From contig JBLNCY010000018.1 in the NCBI GenBank assembly GCA_050261115.1, forward strand, positions 1 to 64,000: a stretch of DNA of 64,000 bases, in the 5' to 3' direction. The DNA comes from Methanocella sp. (lineage in GTDB: Archaea; Thermoproteota; Bathyarchaeia; Bathyarchaeales; Bathycorpusculaceae). The notes under the pieces were generated by a model. The model had not been told where the DNA came from and searched no databases. It saw only the letters and a list, made by a program, of their open reading frames with translations. This document shows positions 10,239 to 19,363 of the stretch, piece after piece; position 1 is the first letter of the stretch, and each line of letters opens with the position of its first letter. Position numbers and translations under genes: made by a program.

Positions 10239-10706
10239 ATGCAAACAAATAACCCTGGTAAACAAAGAAAAATGCTCTTCAATGCTCCAGTTCACCTCCG
10301 CCACAAACAAATGGCGGCGCCACTCTCAAGTGAACTGGCTGCATCCAGAGGTGCTAAGACCCTGCCAGTCCGCAAAGGCGACACCGTTCGCATAATGCGC
10401 GGCGACAACAAGGGGTTTGAAGGAAAAGTTTCACGCGTCGACCACAAAGCATACCGAATATACATTGAAGGCTTAACACGCGAAAAAGTCGATGGCACAA
10501 ACATCTTCTTAGCAGTACATCCATCCAAAGTTCAAATTCGCAACCTTAACCTTGACGATAAATACCGCAAGGAAACAATTCTCGGCCGCAAAACCGCACC
10601 CGGGAAGAAAGGCACTGCAAAAGCAAAGTCAGAAAAAGCCAAAAAAACTCCAGCCAAGGCTAAAGAAGACGCGCAAAAAGCGCAAGCTGAAACGGAGGAG
10701 GAATAA
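10239..10706 (+). CDS. rpl24: 50S ribosomal protein uL24
   Basis: PGKQRK, KOW motif VRKGDTVRIMRG, HPSKV. Confidence 0.97.
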   Translation: MQTNNPGKQRKMLFNAPVHLRHKQMAAPLSSELAASRGAKTLPVRKGDTVRIMRGDNKGFEGKVSRVDHKAYRIYIEGLTREKVDGTNIFLAVHPSKVQIRNLNLDDKYRKETILGRKTAPGKKGTAKAKSEKAKKTPAKAKEDAQKAQAETEEE

Positions 10707-10708
10707 GT

Positions 10709-11473
10709 ATGGGTAAAAAAGGAAAGACCGCAAGGCTGAAACGTAAGCCAGCGCCAGCATTCTGGCCTATTCACAGAAAAGATCTACCTTGGGTAGTGAA
10801 GCCATCATCAGGTGCACACTCGCTTGACACATGCATACCAATGTCACTAGTTCTACGTGACATGCTTGGTGTTGCACAGACAAGAAAAGAGGGTAAATTT
10901 ATCCTCACACAAGGTAAAGTCATAGTTAACGGTGTAGTCTACAGAAAAGACGACATACCCGTTGGCTTAATGGATGTAATAGCCTTCCCTGAGAGCGACA
11001 AATACTACCGTGTCATGCCATCCAAGCATGGCTTGGTTCTTGCGCCAATCAGCAAAGAAGAATCAAACACATCCCTGCTACGTGTCGAGAACAAATACAC
11101 CGTAAGCAAAGGCGTTCAAGTTGCACTTCACAACGGCTCAGTCATGCTAATCAAAGTAGCAGACCCCAAAAACCCAGTAGAAGTACCCTACAACACATTC
11201 GATGTACTCAAAGTAACCTACCCAGAAAAACAAGTCATCCAAACGCTCTCTGTCAAAGAAGGAAACTTGGCAGTAATCACTGGCGGAAAGAACATTGGCA
11301 AACAAGGCAGAATCGTAGAGATCGAAAAAACCGAAGCAAAGAAACGCCGCCAAGCCCTAGTCGTCATTGAAGACGCAAAAGGCGAAAGATACCAAACAAT
11401 CTTAGACTATGTCTTCTCTATCGGTGAAGCTGCACCAATGATCAAGACACTGGAGGCAATCGCAGTTGAGTGA
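10709..11473 (+). CDS. rps4e: 30S ribosomal protein eS4
   Basis: LKRKPAPAFWPI, PVGLMDVI, ITGGKNIG. Confidence 0.97.
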   Translation: MGKKGKTARLKRKPAPAFWPIHRKDLPWVVKPSSGAHSLDTCIPMSLVLRDMLGVAQTRKEGKFILTQGKVIVNGVVYRKDDIPVGLMDVIAFPESDKYYRVMPSKHGLVLAPISKEESNTSLLRVENKYTVSKGVQVALHNGSVMLIKVADPKNPVEVPYNTFDVLKVTYPEKQVIQTLSVKEGNLAVITGGKNIGKQGRIVEIEKTEAKKRRQALVVIEDAKGERYQTILDYVFSIGEAAPMIKTLEAIAVE

Positions 11474-12005
11474 AGAAACAATCGTTAAGACCTGGGAAGA
11501 GCATCCAATGCTCAAGCCCCGAATCGAGAAAGTAGTCGTTAACCTCAACGCAGGCAAATCTGGCGAACCCCTCGAGAAGGCAAACACTGTCCTTAAAGAA
11601 ATCACCGGTAGAACGCCAGTTAAAAAGAAAGCCAAAATGACCATTCGCGATTTTGGTATTCGCGAGGGCGAACCCATCGCAGTCGTGGTAACCTTGCGAA
11701 AGCAAGAAGCAGTCGACTTCCTAAAGAAAGTCTTCCCAGTCGTCGACAATAAACTCTCAAAACGCGCATTCGATGTACGTGGAAACTTTAGCTTCGGCCT
11801 AAAGGAACACATAGACATACCCGGAGTCAAGTATGACCCCGAAATCGGTATCTTTGGTATGGACATCTGCGTTACCGTCAATAGACCAGGCCAGCGCATA
11901 AAACTCCGCAAACGCCAAAACCGCTCGATCGGCCCGAAGCATGTGTTGACGCCTGAAGAATCAATGGTCTTCATAAAGCAAACATTAGGAGTCGAAATCG
12001 TCTAA
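11466..12005 (+). CDS. rpl5: 50S ribosomal protein uL5
   Basis: IEKVVVN, FGIREGEPI, EHIDIPGVKYDPEIGIFGMD. Confidence 0.97.
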   Translation: MSEETIVKTWEEHPMLKPRIEKVVVNLNAGKSGEPLEKANTVLKEITGRTPVKKKAKMTIRDFGIREGEPIAVVVTLRKQEAVDFLKKVFPVVDNKLSKRAFDVRGNFSFGLKEHIDIPGVKYDPEIGIFGMDICVTVNRPGQRIKLRKRQNRSIGPKHVLTPEESMVFIKQTLGVEIV

Positions 12006-12020
12006 GCTGAGTGTGAATGT

Positions 12021-12185
12021 ATGGGAAAACAGCAAGTTAAAAAAGAACGGAAATACGGCAAAGGTTCACGTCCATGCGTAAGATGTGGTTCATACGGTCC
12101 AGTCATCAGACGTTACCATTTATATCTATGCAGGACATGCTTTAGAGAAGCTGCCCCAAAACTAGGTTTCAAGAAATATGAGTAG
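12021..12185 (+). CDS. rps14: 30S ribosomal protein uS14, zinc-binding (not in ORF track)
   Basis: Manual translation [54 protein letters not shown]. Confidence 0.96.
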   Translation: MGKQQVKKERKYGKGSRPCVRCGSYGPVIRRYHLYLCRTCFREAAPKLGFKKYE

Positions 12186-12202
12186 GAGCTAAAAGAAGAA
12201 AA

Positions 12203-12586
12203 ATGGACACTTTAACAAATGGTCTCGTGACAATAATAAATAACGAAACACGGAATAAGCGCGAATGCATCATTAGTCCTGCCTCCAAACTTTTGGGGCG
12301 GGTCCTTCGCATTATGCAACTTAACGGTTACATAGGCGAATTCGAATTCATCGACGACGGCCGCCAGGGGAAGTTTAAAGTACAACTCCTGGGCAGAATC
12401 AACAAGTGCGGTCCAGTTAAACCACGCTTTGCAGTTAAAGCAACCGAGTTTGAGGACTGGGAAAAGAAATTCCTCCCATCCAGAGACGTCGGCATAATGG
12501 TGGTCTCTACTTCTCAAGGCGTAATCGCACACCGCGATGCCGAGGAAAAGAACCTCGGAGGAAGGCTCTTAGCCTTCGTGTATTAG
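12203..12586 (+). CDS. rps8: 30S ribosomal protein uS8
   Basis: [27 protein letters not shown]. Confidence 0.97.
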   Translation: MDTLTNGLVTIINNETRNKRECIISPASKLLGRVLRIMQLNGYIGEFEFIDDGRQGKFKVQLLGRINKCGPVKPRFAVKATEFEDWEKKFLPSRDVGIMVVSTSQGVIAHRDAEEKNLGGRLLAFVY

Positions 12587-12599
12587 GAGTGTAAGAGTA

Positions 12600-13145
12600 A
12601 TGCGGCTTCCAGAAGTATCAAGAACCCTTCAAGTCCCCGACGACATAACTCTTAGTGTAGAAGGCAAAAAAGTAACTGTAAAAGGCGCCAAAGGTACCCT
12701 TACACGGGACTTCTCCTTTGCACCCATCGCAATCGAATCCCAAGGCAACACCGTACGGATCTCAGCTAAGTGGCCCCGCAAAAAAGAAACTGCACTAGTA
12801 GGCACCCTCTATGCGCACATCAACAACATGATTGTTGGTGTAACAAAGGGCTACACTTACAAGATGAAGATTGTCTTCTCGCACTTCCCCATAACAGTAA
12901 AGGCTCAAAATGGCTACGTCATGATTGAGAACTTTACAGGCGAACGTAGACCTCGCAAAGTAAAAATCCTTGGCGAAGTCAAAGTCAAGATTGAACCTGA
13001 AGACATTATCCTTACAGGCATAAACCTCGAGGATGTAAGTCAAACAGCGGCAAACATTGAGCAGTCAACCAAGGTTCGCGGAAAAGACCCAAGGGTTTTC
13101 CTCGATGGTATCTACACCTATGAAAGAAATGAAGGTATGGCATAA
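12600..13145 (+). CDS. rpl6: 50S ribosomal protein uL6
   Basis: HFPITV, NFTGER, KDPRVFLDGIY. Confidence 0.97.
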   Translation: MRLPEVSRTLQVPDDITLSVEGKKVTVKGAKGTLTRDFSFAPIAIESQGNTVRISAKWPRKKETALVGTLYAHINNMIVGVTKGYTYKMKIVFSHFPITVKAQNGYVMIENFTGERRPRKVKILGEVKVKIEPEDIILTGINLEDVSQTAANIEQSTKVRGKDPRVFLDGIYTYERNEGMA

Positions 13146-13708
13146 TGACAGAAAAGAAAGCATCCCCCTCACGAAAGGCGCTCCAAGTTAGAGCACGCGC
13201 CCGAAACAAAAAGCCCAAGTTCCTAAGAGCCGAAAGCTGGCGTTTCGACCGCTTTAGCGCTAGCTGGCGCAGACCCCGCGGCTTGGACAATAAGATCCGC
13301 CGAAAGATCCTTGGGTGGCCTCCAGGACCCAGCACGGGTTATAAGGGACCAAAGGTTGCCCGGTATTTACATCCCTCGGGCTTTAGAGAAGTGATCGTTG
13401 AAAACGTAGCTGACTTGGCAGATATTGATGTCAACACTGAAGCGATAAGAATTGCTCATCGTGTTGGCGCACGTAAACGTGCTGAGATTATTGCCAAAGC
13501 TACTGAGATGAATCTTAAGGTCTTAAACCTCCCGGTTTCCGAGGAAGCTGGCGTGGAAGAAGAGGGCGAAGAAGCCGCTGAAGGCGCAGAAGCAAAGACT
13601 GAAGAGAAAAAGAAGACGGGTAAAGAAGACAAGAAGAAGCCCAAAAAAGAAGAGACCTCAAAAAAGAAGGAATCTAAATCAAAGAAGAAGGAGAATAAGA
13701 AGCAATGA
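13145..13708 (+). CDS. rpl32e: 50S ribosomal protein eL32 with charged C-terminal extension
   Basis: WRRPRGLDNK, LHPSGF, RIAHRVGARKR. Confidence 0.96.
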   Translation: MTEKKASPSRKALQVRARARNKKPKFLRAESWRFDRFSASWRRPRGLDNKIRRKILGWPPGPSTGYKGPKVARYLHPSGFREVIVENVADLADIDVNTEAIRIAHRVGARKRAEIIAKATEMNLKVLNLPVSEEAGVEEEGEEAAEGAEAKTEEKKKTGKEDKKKPKKEETSKKKESKSKKKENKKQ

Positions 13709-14160
13709 CCAACCTGACCGGACAGAGACGTTTAGCTGCCCAGATCCTCAAAGTTGGACAGAACCGTGTCTGGATAGATCCTGCACGCATCGACGAAGTG
13801 GATGGTGCAATCACACGTGAAGAAGTCCGTAAGCTGATTCACGAGAAAGTCATCGTTTCATTGCCTGTGAAAGGCGTTAGCCGCTCACGTGCAAAAAGAA
13901 TCCGTGGTAAGAAACGCTTAGGCAGACGCAGTGGCCCTGGTAGCGTTACTGGCGCTGGCTATGCAAAAGTTACCAAGAAAGATGCTTGGATGATCAGAAT
14001 ACGCTCTCTGCGACGTAAACTTCGCGAGCTTAAAGCAAGCCGAGTTATCACAGAAGCCACCTATACCCAATACTATAGAATGGCTGGTAGCGGGCGATTC
14101 CAATCCATCGCGGACATGGAGCGCAACTTAAAGGCAAACGATCAATGGAGGAAACGTTAA
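13705..14160 (+). CDS. rpl19e: 50S ribosomal protein eL19
   Basis: QRRLAAQILKVG, RVWIDP, AITREEVRKLI. Confidence 0.97.
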   Translation: MTNLTGQRRLAAQILKVGQNRVWIDPARIDEVDGAITREEVRKLIHEKVIVSLPVKGVSRSRAKRIRGKKRLGRRSGPGSVTGAGYAKVTKKDAWMIRIRSLRRKLRELKASRVITEATYTQYYRMAGSGRFQSIADMERNLKANDQWRKR

Positions 14161-14161
14161 G

Positions 14162-15070
14162 ATGGCAAGAAATGCAAATTACCGTGTACAAGTCAGACGC
14201 AGACGCGAAGGAAAAACTGACTACCAAGCCCGCAAGGCTATGGTTGTCTCAGGCCAACCTCGACTAGTTGCGCGTCCATCAATCAGCAATGCCAACGCAC
14301 AAATAATCGTTGCAAAACCAATCGGCGACATGACCATTGCAGCAGCAAACAGCCGTGAGCTAGTCAAGAAATACGGATGGAAGGCAGCAACAGGCAACAT
14401 CCCCGCAGCATACCTCACTGGCTTGCTCTGTGGGCTGAAAGCTAAAGCGGCAGGCATAGACGAGGCAATCCTAGACATCGGCATGATTATCCCAACCAAA
14501 GGCGCCAGAGTCTTTGCAATATTGCAAGGTGTCCTTGATGCCGGCGTAGAAGTTCCACACGGCGAGGATAAAATCGTAGCTCACCGGGCACGGGGCGATC
14601 ACATCGCAAACTATGCCCAGGAACTAAGCGAGGAGGATGCCGAGGTCTATGCAGCTAAATTTAGAAAATGCATCGATAACGGTTTAGCTCCTGAAAAGTT
14701 CGCTGAGCACTTCAGCAAGACTCGGGCGGCAATCGTTGCCTCCTTTAAAGGCGCCGAGGTTGCCCCTGAACCCGAGAGTGCACCTGCACCTAAAGCAAAG
14801 CCTAAGCCTGCTCCAAAGCCGGCGGCTAAAGCTGCACCGAAAGAAGCATCCGCTAAAGCTGAAGTGAAGGCTGCTGAAGAGGCACCTAAAGCTTCTAAAG
14901 CCAAAGCTAAAGAAGCTGAGTCAGAGGAAGCTCCTGAAGCTGCGAAAAAAGCAGTAAAGGAGAAGGCTCCTGCAGAAGCTAAAGCCAAAGCTGAAAAAGA
15001 AGAGACAGCTCCCGCTAAAGAAAAAGCGCCAGCCAAAAAGGCAACCAAGAAGGGTGAAAACACAGAATGA
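14162..15070 (+). CDS. rpl18: 50S ribosomal protein uL18 with ~105-aa Ala/Lys/Glu/Pro tail
   Basis: RRRREGKTDY, NIPAAYLTG, GDHIANYA. Confidence 0.96.
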   Translation: MARNANYRVQVRRRREGKTDYQARKAMVVSGQPRLVARPSISNANAQIIVAKPIGDMTIAAANSRELVKKYGWKAATGNIPAAYLTGLLCGLKAKAAGIDEAILDIGMIIPTKGARVFAILQGVLDAGVEVPHGEDKIVAHRARGDHIANYAQELSEEDAEVYAAKFRKCIDNGLAPEKFAEHFSKTRAAIVASFKGAEVAPEPESAPAPKAKPKPAPKPAAKAAPKEASAKAEVKAAEEAPKASKAKAKEAESEEAPEAAKKAVKEKAPAEAKAKAEKEETAPAKEKAPAKKATKKGENTE

Positions 15071-15726
15071 GTCAAAGAGATAGAAGTAGAGATAGCGAAA
15101 GACGCCAAAGCAGCTTAGACAATTGGGTTCCAAGAACTCGTCTAGGTAAATTGGTTCAAGAAGGTAAACTTACAACAATCGAAGAAGTGTTCCTATCCGG
15201 CATCAAAATCAGTGAATCACAAATCGTTGACTCTTTGATTCCTGACTTACAAGAAGAAGTCATCAACGTTAACTTGGTTCAGAAGCAAACTGACGCAGGC
15301 GAAAAATCACGCTTCAAGGCAATCGTTGCAGTCGGCAACCGTGACGGCTATATCGGATTAGGCCAAGGTAAAGCCAGCCAAGTTCGTAACGCCATCGAAA
15401 AAGCAGCAGTAAACGCCCGATTAAACATCATCCCCGTTAAGCGGGGCTGTGGTAGTTGGGAATGCGGCTGCGGAAAGCCACATAGCATCCCCTTCCAAGT
15501 TGAAGGCAAATGCGGTGGTGTCCGAGCAGTAATCATCCCTGGCCCAAGAGGCTTAGGCTTGGTTAGCAGCGAAGTCGCCAAAGTTATCCTGGGCTTAGCA
15601 GGCGTTAAAGATCTCTGGATGCGCAGCTACGGCTCAACCAGAACCGTCCCGTCATATGCATGCGCAATCTTTGATAGCTTAAAGAAGACTTACAACTTAA
15701 TTACAACAACAGATTGGGTGAAGTAA
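15067..15726 (+). CDS. rps5: 30S ribosomal protein uS5
   Basis: WVPRTRLG, QKQTDAG, RGCGSWEC, PRGLGL. Confidence 0.97.
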   Translation: MSQRDRSRDSERRQSSLDNWVPRTRLGKLVQEGKLTTIEEVFLSGIKISESQIVDSLIPDLQEEVINVNLVQKQTDAGEKSRFKAIVAVGNRDGYIGLGQGKASQVRNAIEKAAVNARLNIIPVKRGCGSWECGCGKPHSIPFQVEGKCGGVRAVIIPGPRGLGLVSSEVAKVILGLAGVKDLWMRSYGSTRTVPSYACAIFDSLKKTYNLITTTDWVK

Positions 15727-15727
15727 A

Positions 15728-16219
15728 ATGTCACAACAGAAAACTGAAGAATGCAAATGCCTCATAGCCGTCCGAGTCCGCGGCACTGTTAGCGCATTAA
15801 AGGAAGCTCGCGAAACACTTGAACTGCTCCGATTAACTCACACTAATCACGCAATCCTCATCGACAGCAGACCCGCCTACAAAGGCATGCTTCAACGCGT
15901 ACACAACTATATCACTTGGGGCGAACCCACCAAAGAAACCGTCATTGCCCTGCTACAGAAACGAGGTCGACAATTAGGCAATAAAAAACTAACCGACGAA
16001 TACCTCTCACAAATAGGCTACAAATCCATCGATGAACTCGCCGACGACATCCTTAGCTGCAAAGTTGCATACAAGAACCTACCCAACATCGAGCCACGCT
16101 TCAAGCTACACCCACCCAGCAAGGGGTATAAGGGTTCAACCAAGAACTCCTTTAAAGCTGGCGGCGAAGCAGGCTACCGCGCCGACGCCATCAACGACTT
16201 AGTTAAACGCATGGTCTAA
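15728..16219 (+). CDS. rpl30: 50S ribosomal protein uL30 (long archaeal form)
   Basis: AVRVRG, GMLQRV, YITWGE, LHPPSKG, GEAGYR. Confidence 0.96.
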   Translation: MSQQKTEECKCLIAVRVRGTVSALKEARETLELLRLTHTNHAILIDSRPAYKGMLQRVHNYITWGEPTKETVIALLQKRGRQLGNKKLTDEYLSQIGYKSIDELADDILSCKVAYKNLPNIEPRFKLHPPSKGYKGSTKNSFKAGGEAGYRADAINDLVKRMV

Positions 16220-16342
16220 ACGGCCATCCGTCCAACTTTTAATTTTCCTCTCTATTGATTCTCAAGTTAAATTTCATCTATCGTTAACTCTGTTTTTACC
16301 TGTTAAGCTATAGCGTAAAGACCCGCAAAGGCAAAAGATGGG

Positions 16343-16990
16343 TTAGTTTGTGCCGTCGAATGCTGATGTGGTTACTCCGGGGGTTCTCCAGTGTGTTCGG
16401 GACTCGGCGAAGTAAGCTTTTGGTTGGGGCTGGTGTAATATGCCGAAGTTTTGCTTTGCAACATAGGCGCCTGCTGCTTTGAGTGGTTTGTGGATGAAGG
16501 TGAAGTATGCTGAGCTTGATCCGATGAAGTAGCCGCTGGCCCAGAGTGGCACTACAAAGAAAAAGAAGTAAAAGTTCCATACATCTACTGAGCCAAAGAG
16601 GGGCACTTGGACGGGGGGTGGGTAGGTTTGGTTGGTCCAGTAGAAGCCTCCCAGCATGAAGTCTAGGGTGTTAAAGCCAAGGCCTGTCATGATGATGGCT
16701 ATGATGAAGGCTGTGCTTAGGATGAGGACTGTTTTTCGGGTTTTGTGGTAGTTTAGGAATGCTGTCATTGTTATGCCTGTTGCTAAGCCCCCGATGATCA
16801 TGGTGGCGATGCCAAAAATACTGTAGGCGTATTGTCCTTCGATGACGAAATAGTTGTTCATGTGCCATTGGTCATGTGCGTTTTCGCCAAACCAGTTAGC
16901 GCCAATCATAGTTCCGATGAATAGACTATAAATCAATAAAACAATGCCCAGAGTAAAGCCTATGTATAAGGCAATTTGCCATCCTTTCAC
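16343..16990 (-). CDS. Hypothetical multi-pass membrane protein
   Basis: 215-aa ORF with ~4 hydrophobic segments; GGGAGA upstream of GTG. Confidence 0.7.
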   Translation of the reverse strand: MKGWQIALYIGFTLGIVLLIYSLFIGTMIGANWFGENAHDQWHMNNYFVIEGQYAYSIFGIATMIIGGLATGITMTAFLNYHKTRKTVLILSTAFIIAIIMTGLGFNTLDFMLGGFYWTNQTYPPPVQVPLFGSVDVWNFYFFFFVVPLWASGYFIGSSSAYFTFIHKPLKAAGAYVAKQNFGILHQPQPKAYFAESRTHWRTPGVTTSAFDGTN

Positions 16991-17188
16991 GTATTTCTCT
17001 CCCTTCCAAAAACTGGGTTCAGATTTGATATTCTTAAAGGTTCTGATGTTGTCGTTTGGATAAATGCATGGAACGCATCCATTTCAGCTTGGTTGTTTGC
17101 TTAGTGACCCTTGAAAATAGTGGTTTATGGTTTTTCTATGCAACAAGCGTTAAATAATACTTTAAATACAACTGGGTTTGGTGATACG

Positions 17189-17494
17189 ATGCAGAAGTGG
17201 GCAGATTACTTAATTTCCGCCGTAAGATCCAAGGCCGGTAGCCCTACAGTTGACACCCTAGAAGTACACTCTGACTTTGGCAACATGGTCTGCGAAACCT
17301 CAATCGTTTCACGAGCAGAGGTAATTGCTAACATAAAACGAGGCGTCAGCTACACCACCGTTTTCCGAACAGCCATGGGCAAATGGCGCAAAGGTGACGA
17401 TGTACACTTGGTCACTGTGGATGGCAAGGAATACCTGCGGACTGACAGCGACTTGATTGCCAAAGACCAATTCGACGACGTCCCAGAACTATAA
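17189..17494 (+). CDS. DUF3892-like small protein
   Basis: KWADYLISAVR...GKEYLRTD...DDVPEL pattern; GGTGA SD. Confidence 0.7.
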   Translation: MQKWADYLISAVRSKAGSPTVDTLEVHSDFGNMVCETSIVSRAEVIANIKRGVSYTTVFRTAMGKWRKGDDVHLVTVDGKEYLRTDSDLIAKDQFDDVPEL

Positions 17495-17670
17495 ACCTCC
17501 TCTACAATTTATTGCCAATTTTAGTGTATAAGGCGTTTATGAAAAATAGATGCGGCCAGCCGCAAAGTTAAGTAGGAGGGGCGGGTTACTTTTCAATTAA
17601 TCGTCTGATTTTTCTGATTTTTCCGAAAAGTAGTAAAGAGTCGGTGCTAACAAAATACCTGTGAAATAAC

Positions 17671-17931
17671 ATGTCTTGTTGCGGCGACGAGGAAATCTGC
17701 CGAATTGACTCAGTAATAACCATGGATACCAAAGGCCAAATCGTTTTACCCAAAGACCTCCGAGAAAAAGCCAACCTAAGGCCCAACGAAAAGCTAGCCG
17801 TAGTTGCGTGCGAAAAACAAGGAGAAGTCTGCTGCATCATGCTCATAAAAGCAGACCGATTCCAAAACGCCGTTACCCAAACAGTAACACCCCTAATAAA
17901 AGCAATAACCAAAGAGGGACAACAAAAATGA
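17671..17931 (+). CDS. Cys-rich AbrB-fold protein (HgcC-like, HgcAB-associated family)
   Basis: MSCC, SVITMDTKGQIVLPKDLREKA, VCCIMLIKA. Confidence 0.75.
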   Translation: MSCCGDEEICRIDSVITMDTKGQIVLPKDLREKANLRPNEKLAVVACEKQGEVCCIMLIKADRFQNAVTQTVTPLIKAITKEGQQK

Positions 17932-18758
17932 AGAAAGAAAACATAAGAAAAGAAGTAAGAAAACGCTATGCCAGAGTAGCCAAAACCAGCGGTTCATGCT
18001 GCGCTTCAAGCGTCAGCTGTTGTTCTGCCCCACCCTCTAACAAACAACTCAGCAAAATGATAGGTTACAGCGAGGAAGAAATCTTGGCTGTTCCCGACGG
18101 CGCCAACCTAGGCTTAGGCTGCGGAAACCCCACCGCGTTAGCCTCGCTAAAAGAAGGTGAGCGTGTACTAGATTTGGGGTCTGGCGCCGGTTTTGATTGC
18201 TTCTTAGCTGCCAAAAAAGTTGGAGCCAAGGGTAAAGTTATCGGTGTAGATATGACGCCTGAAATGCTTGACAAAGCCCGAGCTAACGCAAAGAAAGGCA
18301 ACTACTCAAATGTCGAGTTCCGCTTGGGCGAAATCGAGAACCTGCCTGTTGCTGACAACTCCGTTGATGTCATTATCTCAAATTGCGTCATCAATCTATC
18401 GCCTAACAAGCGGCGCGTGTTTGAGGAAGCGTTCCGTGTTCTTGCACCTAATGGGCGCCTGATGGTTTCTGATATTGTGCTGCTAAAGCCTTTGCCTACT
18501 GTTGTTCAGGAGAGCGTTGAGGCCTATGCTGGATGTATTGCAGGGGCAGAAATCAAAGAAGCCTACCTTAATCTAATCCGGGAGGCCGGTTTTAGCGATG
18601 TGAAAGTGCTTGAAGAGAAGCCCTATCCGCTTGAGTTCATCGTTAACGAGGATGCATTCAAAGGAGCTATAGATGGCTTGGGTTTGTCTCCACAGGTGCT
18701 TAAAGAGACCGCTGAAGCTATTGTGAGCATAAAAGTAGCGGCAACTAAAAAACCCTAA
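17928..18758 (+). CDS. arsM: Arsenite S-adenosylmethionine methyltransferase
   Basis: N-terminal CC pairs, LGLGCGNP, VLDLGSGAGFD, ISNCVINLSP, GCIAGA; ATGA overlap with the upstream gene. Confidence 0.92.
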   Translation: MKKENIRKEVRKRYARVAKTSGSCCASSVSCCSAPPSNKQLSKMIGYSEEEILAVPDGANLGLGCGNPTALASLKEGERVLDLGSGAGFDCFLAAKKVGAKGKVIGVDMTPEMLDKARANAKKGNYSNVEFRLGEIENLPVADNSVDVIISNCVINLSPNKRRVFEEAFRVLAPNGRLMVSDIVLLKPLPTVVQESVEAYAGCIAGAEIKEAYLNLIREAGFSDVKVLEEKPYPLEFIVNEDAFKGAIDGLGLSPQVLKETAEAIVSIKVAATKKP

Positions 18759-18805
18759 TTATTTCTTTTGCTTCGGCTATCTTAAGCAAGCATGTTCAGG
18801 TCTAG

Positions 18806-19090
18806 TCACGATTGAGTTCGCTTTAGTTTGTCGATTGTCCTTTGGGTTTGCTCTTCATCAGGGTGGCTGATGGCGCCAGCTGGGCAGACGTCTTCGCAGC
18901 CGCAGCAGAAAACTACACAACGATTCGGGTTAACCGTAGTCTGTTTTTTGCCATTGATTGTTTCTGTTTTGAAGGCCTGCATGTGGCAAAACTCGATACA
19001 TTTACCGCACACCGTACATTTGGTCTGATCAATTATTGGGTCCCATGGTATCTTGCTACGGAGGACTCCTTTGTAATCCGCTTCACTCAT
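18806..19090 (-). CDS. 2[4Fe-4S] ferredoxin family protein
   Basis: CTVCGKCIEFC and CVVFCCGCEDVCPAGA. Confidence 0.88.
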   Translation of the reverse strand: MSEADYKGVLRSKIPWDPIIDQTKCTVCGKCIEFCHMQAFKTETINGKKQTTVNPNRCVVFCCGCEDVCPAGAISHPDEEQTQRTIDKLKRTQS

Positions 19091-19234
19091 AATCCTTATT
19101 CCCTGCTTATCTAAGATATTAGTTAGCTATTTTCATCGATGTCAATATCTGATTAATCCTCTTTAAAAAATCTGGATTTGCTGAGGCAGGAGGCTATGCT
19201 GGCAGCTTCAAATGTAGGTTCAACCCGCCATTGA

Positions 19235-19272
19235 CTATATATAAGGGGGGAGATCCCTCGGCAGAGCAATAG
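19235..19272 (+). repeat. Dispersed intergenic repeat, copy 2
   Basis: ctatatataaggggggagatccctcggcagagcaatag. Confidence 0.9.
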
Positions 19273-19363
19273 AGGCCGCTTGACCCTCTGGAGGTATCAT
19301 AAATGGCCTCATGTATGATAAAGGCTAAATCCTTAGCGCTTACTTTACAATACGGGTGTAAGC

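Noticed and set aside
8445-15133. Long antisense ORFs over ribosomal protein genes (similarly 31552-32337 over ppdK)
   Set aside because: Shadow frames of well-supported genes, explained by codon bias and low complexity.
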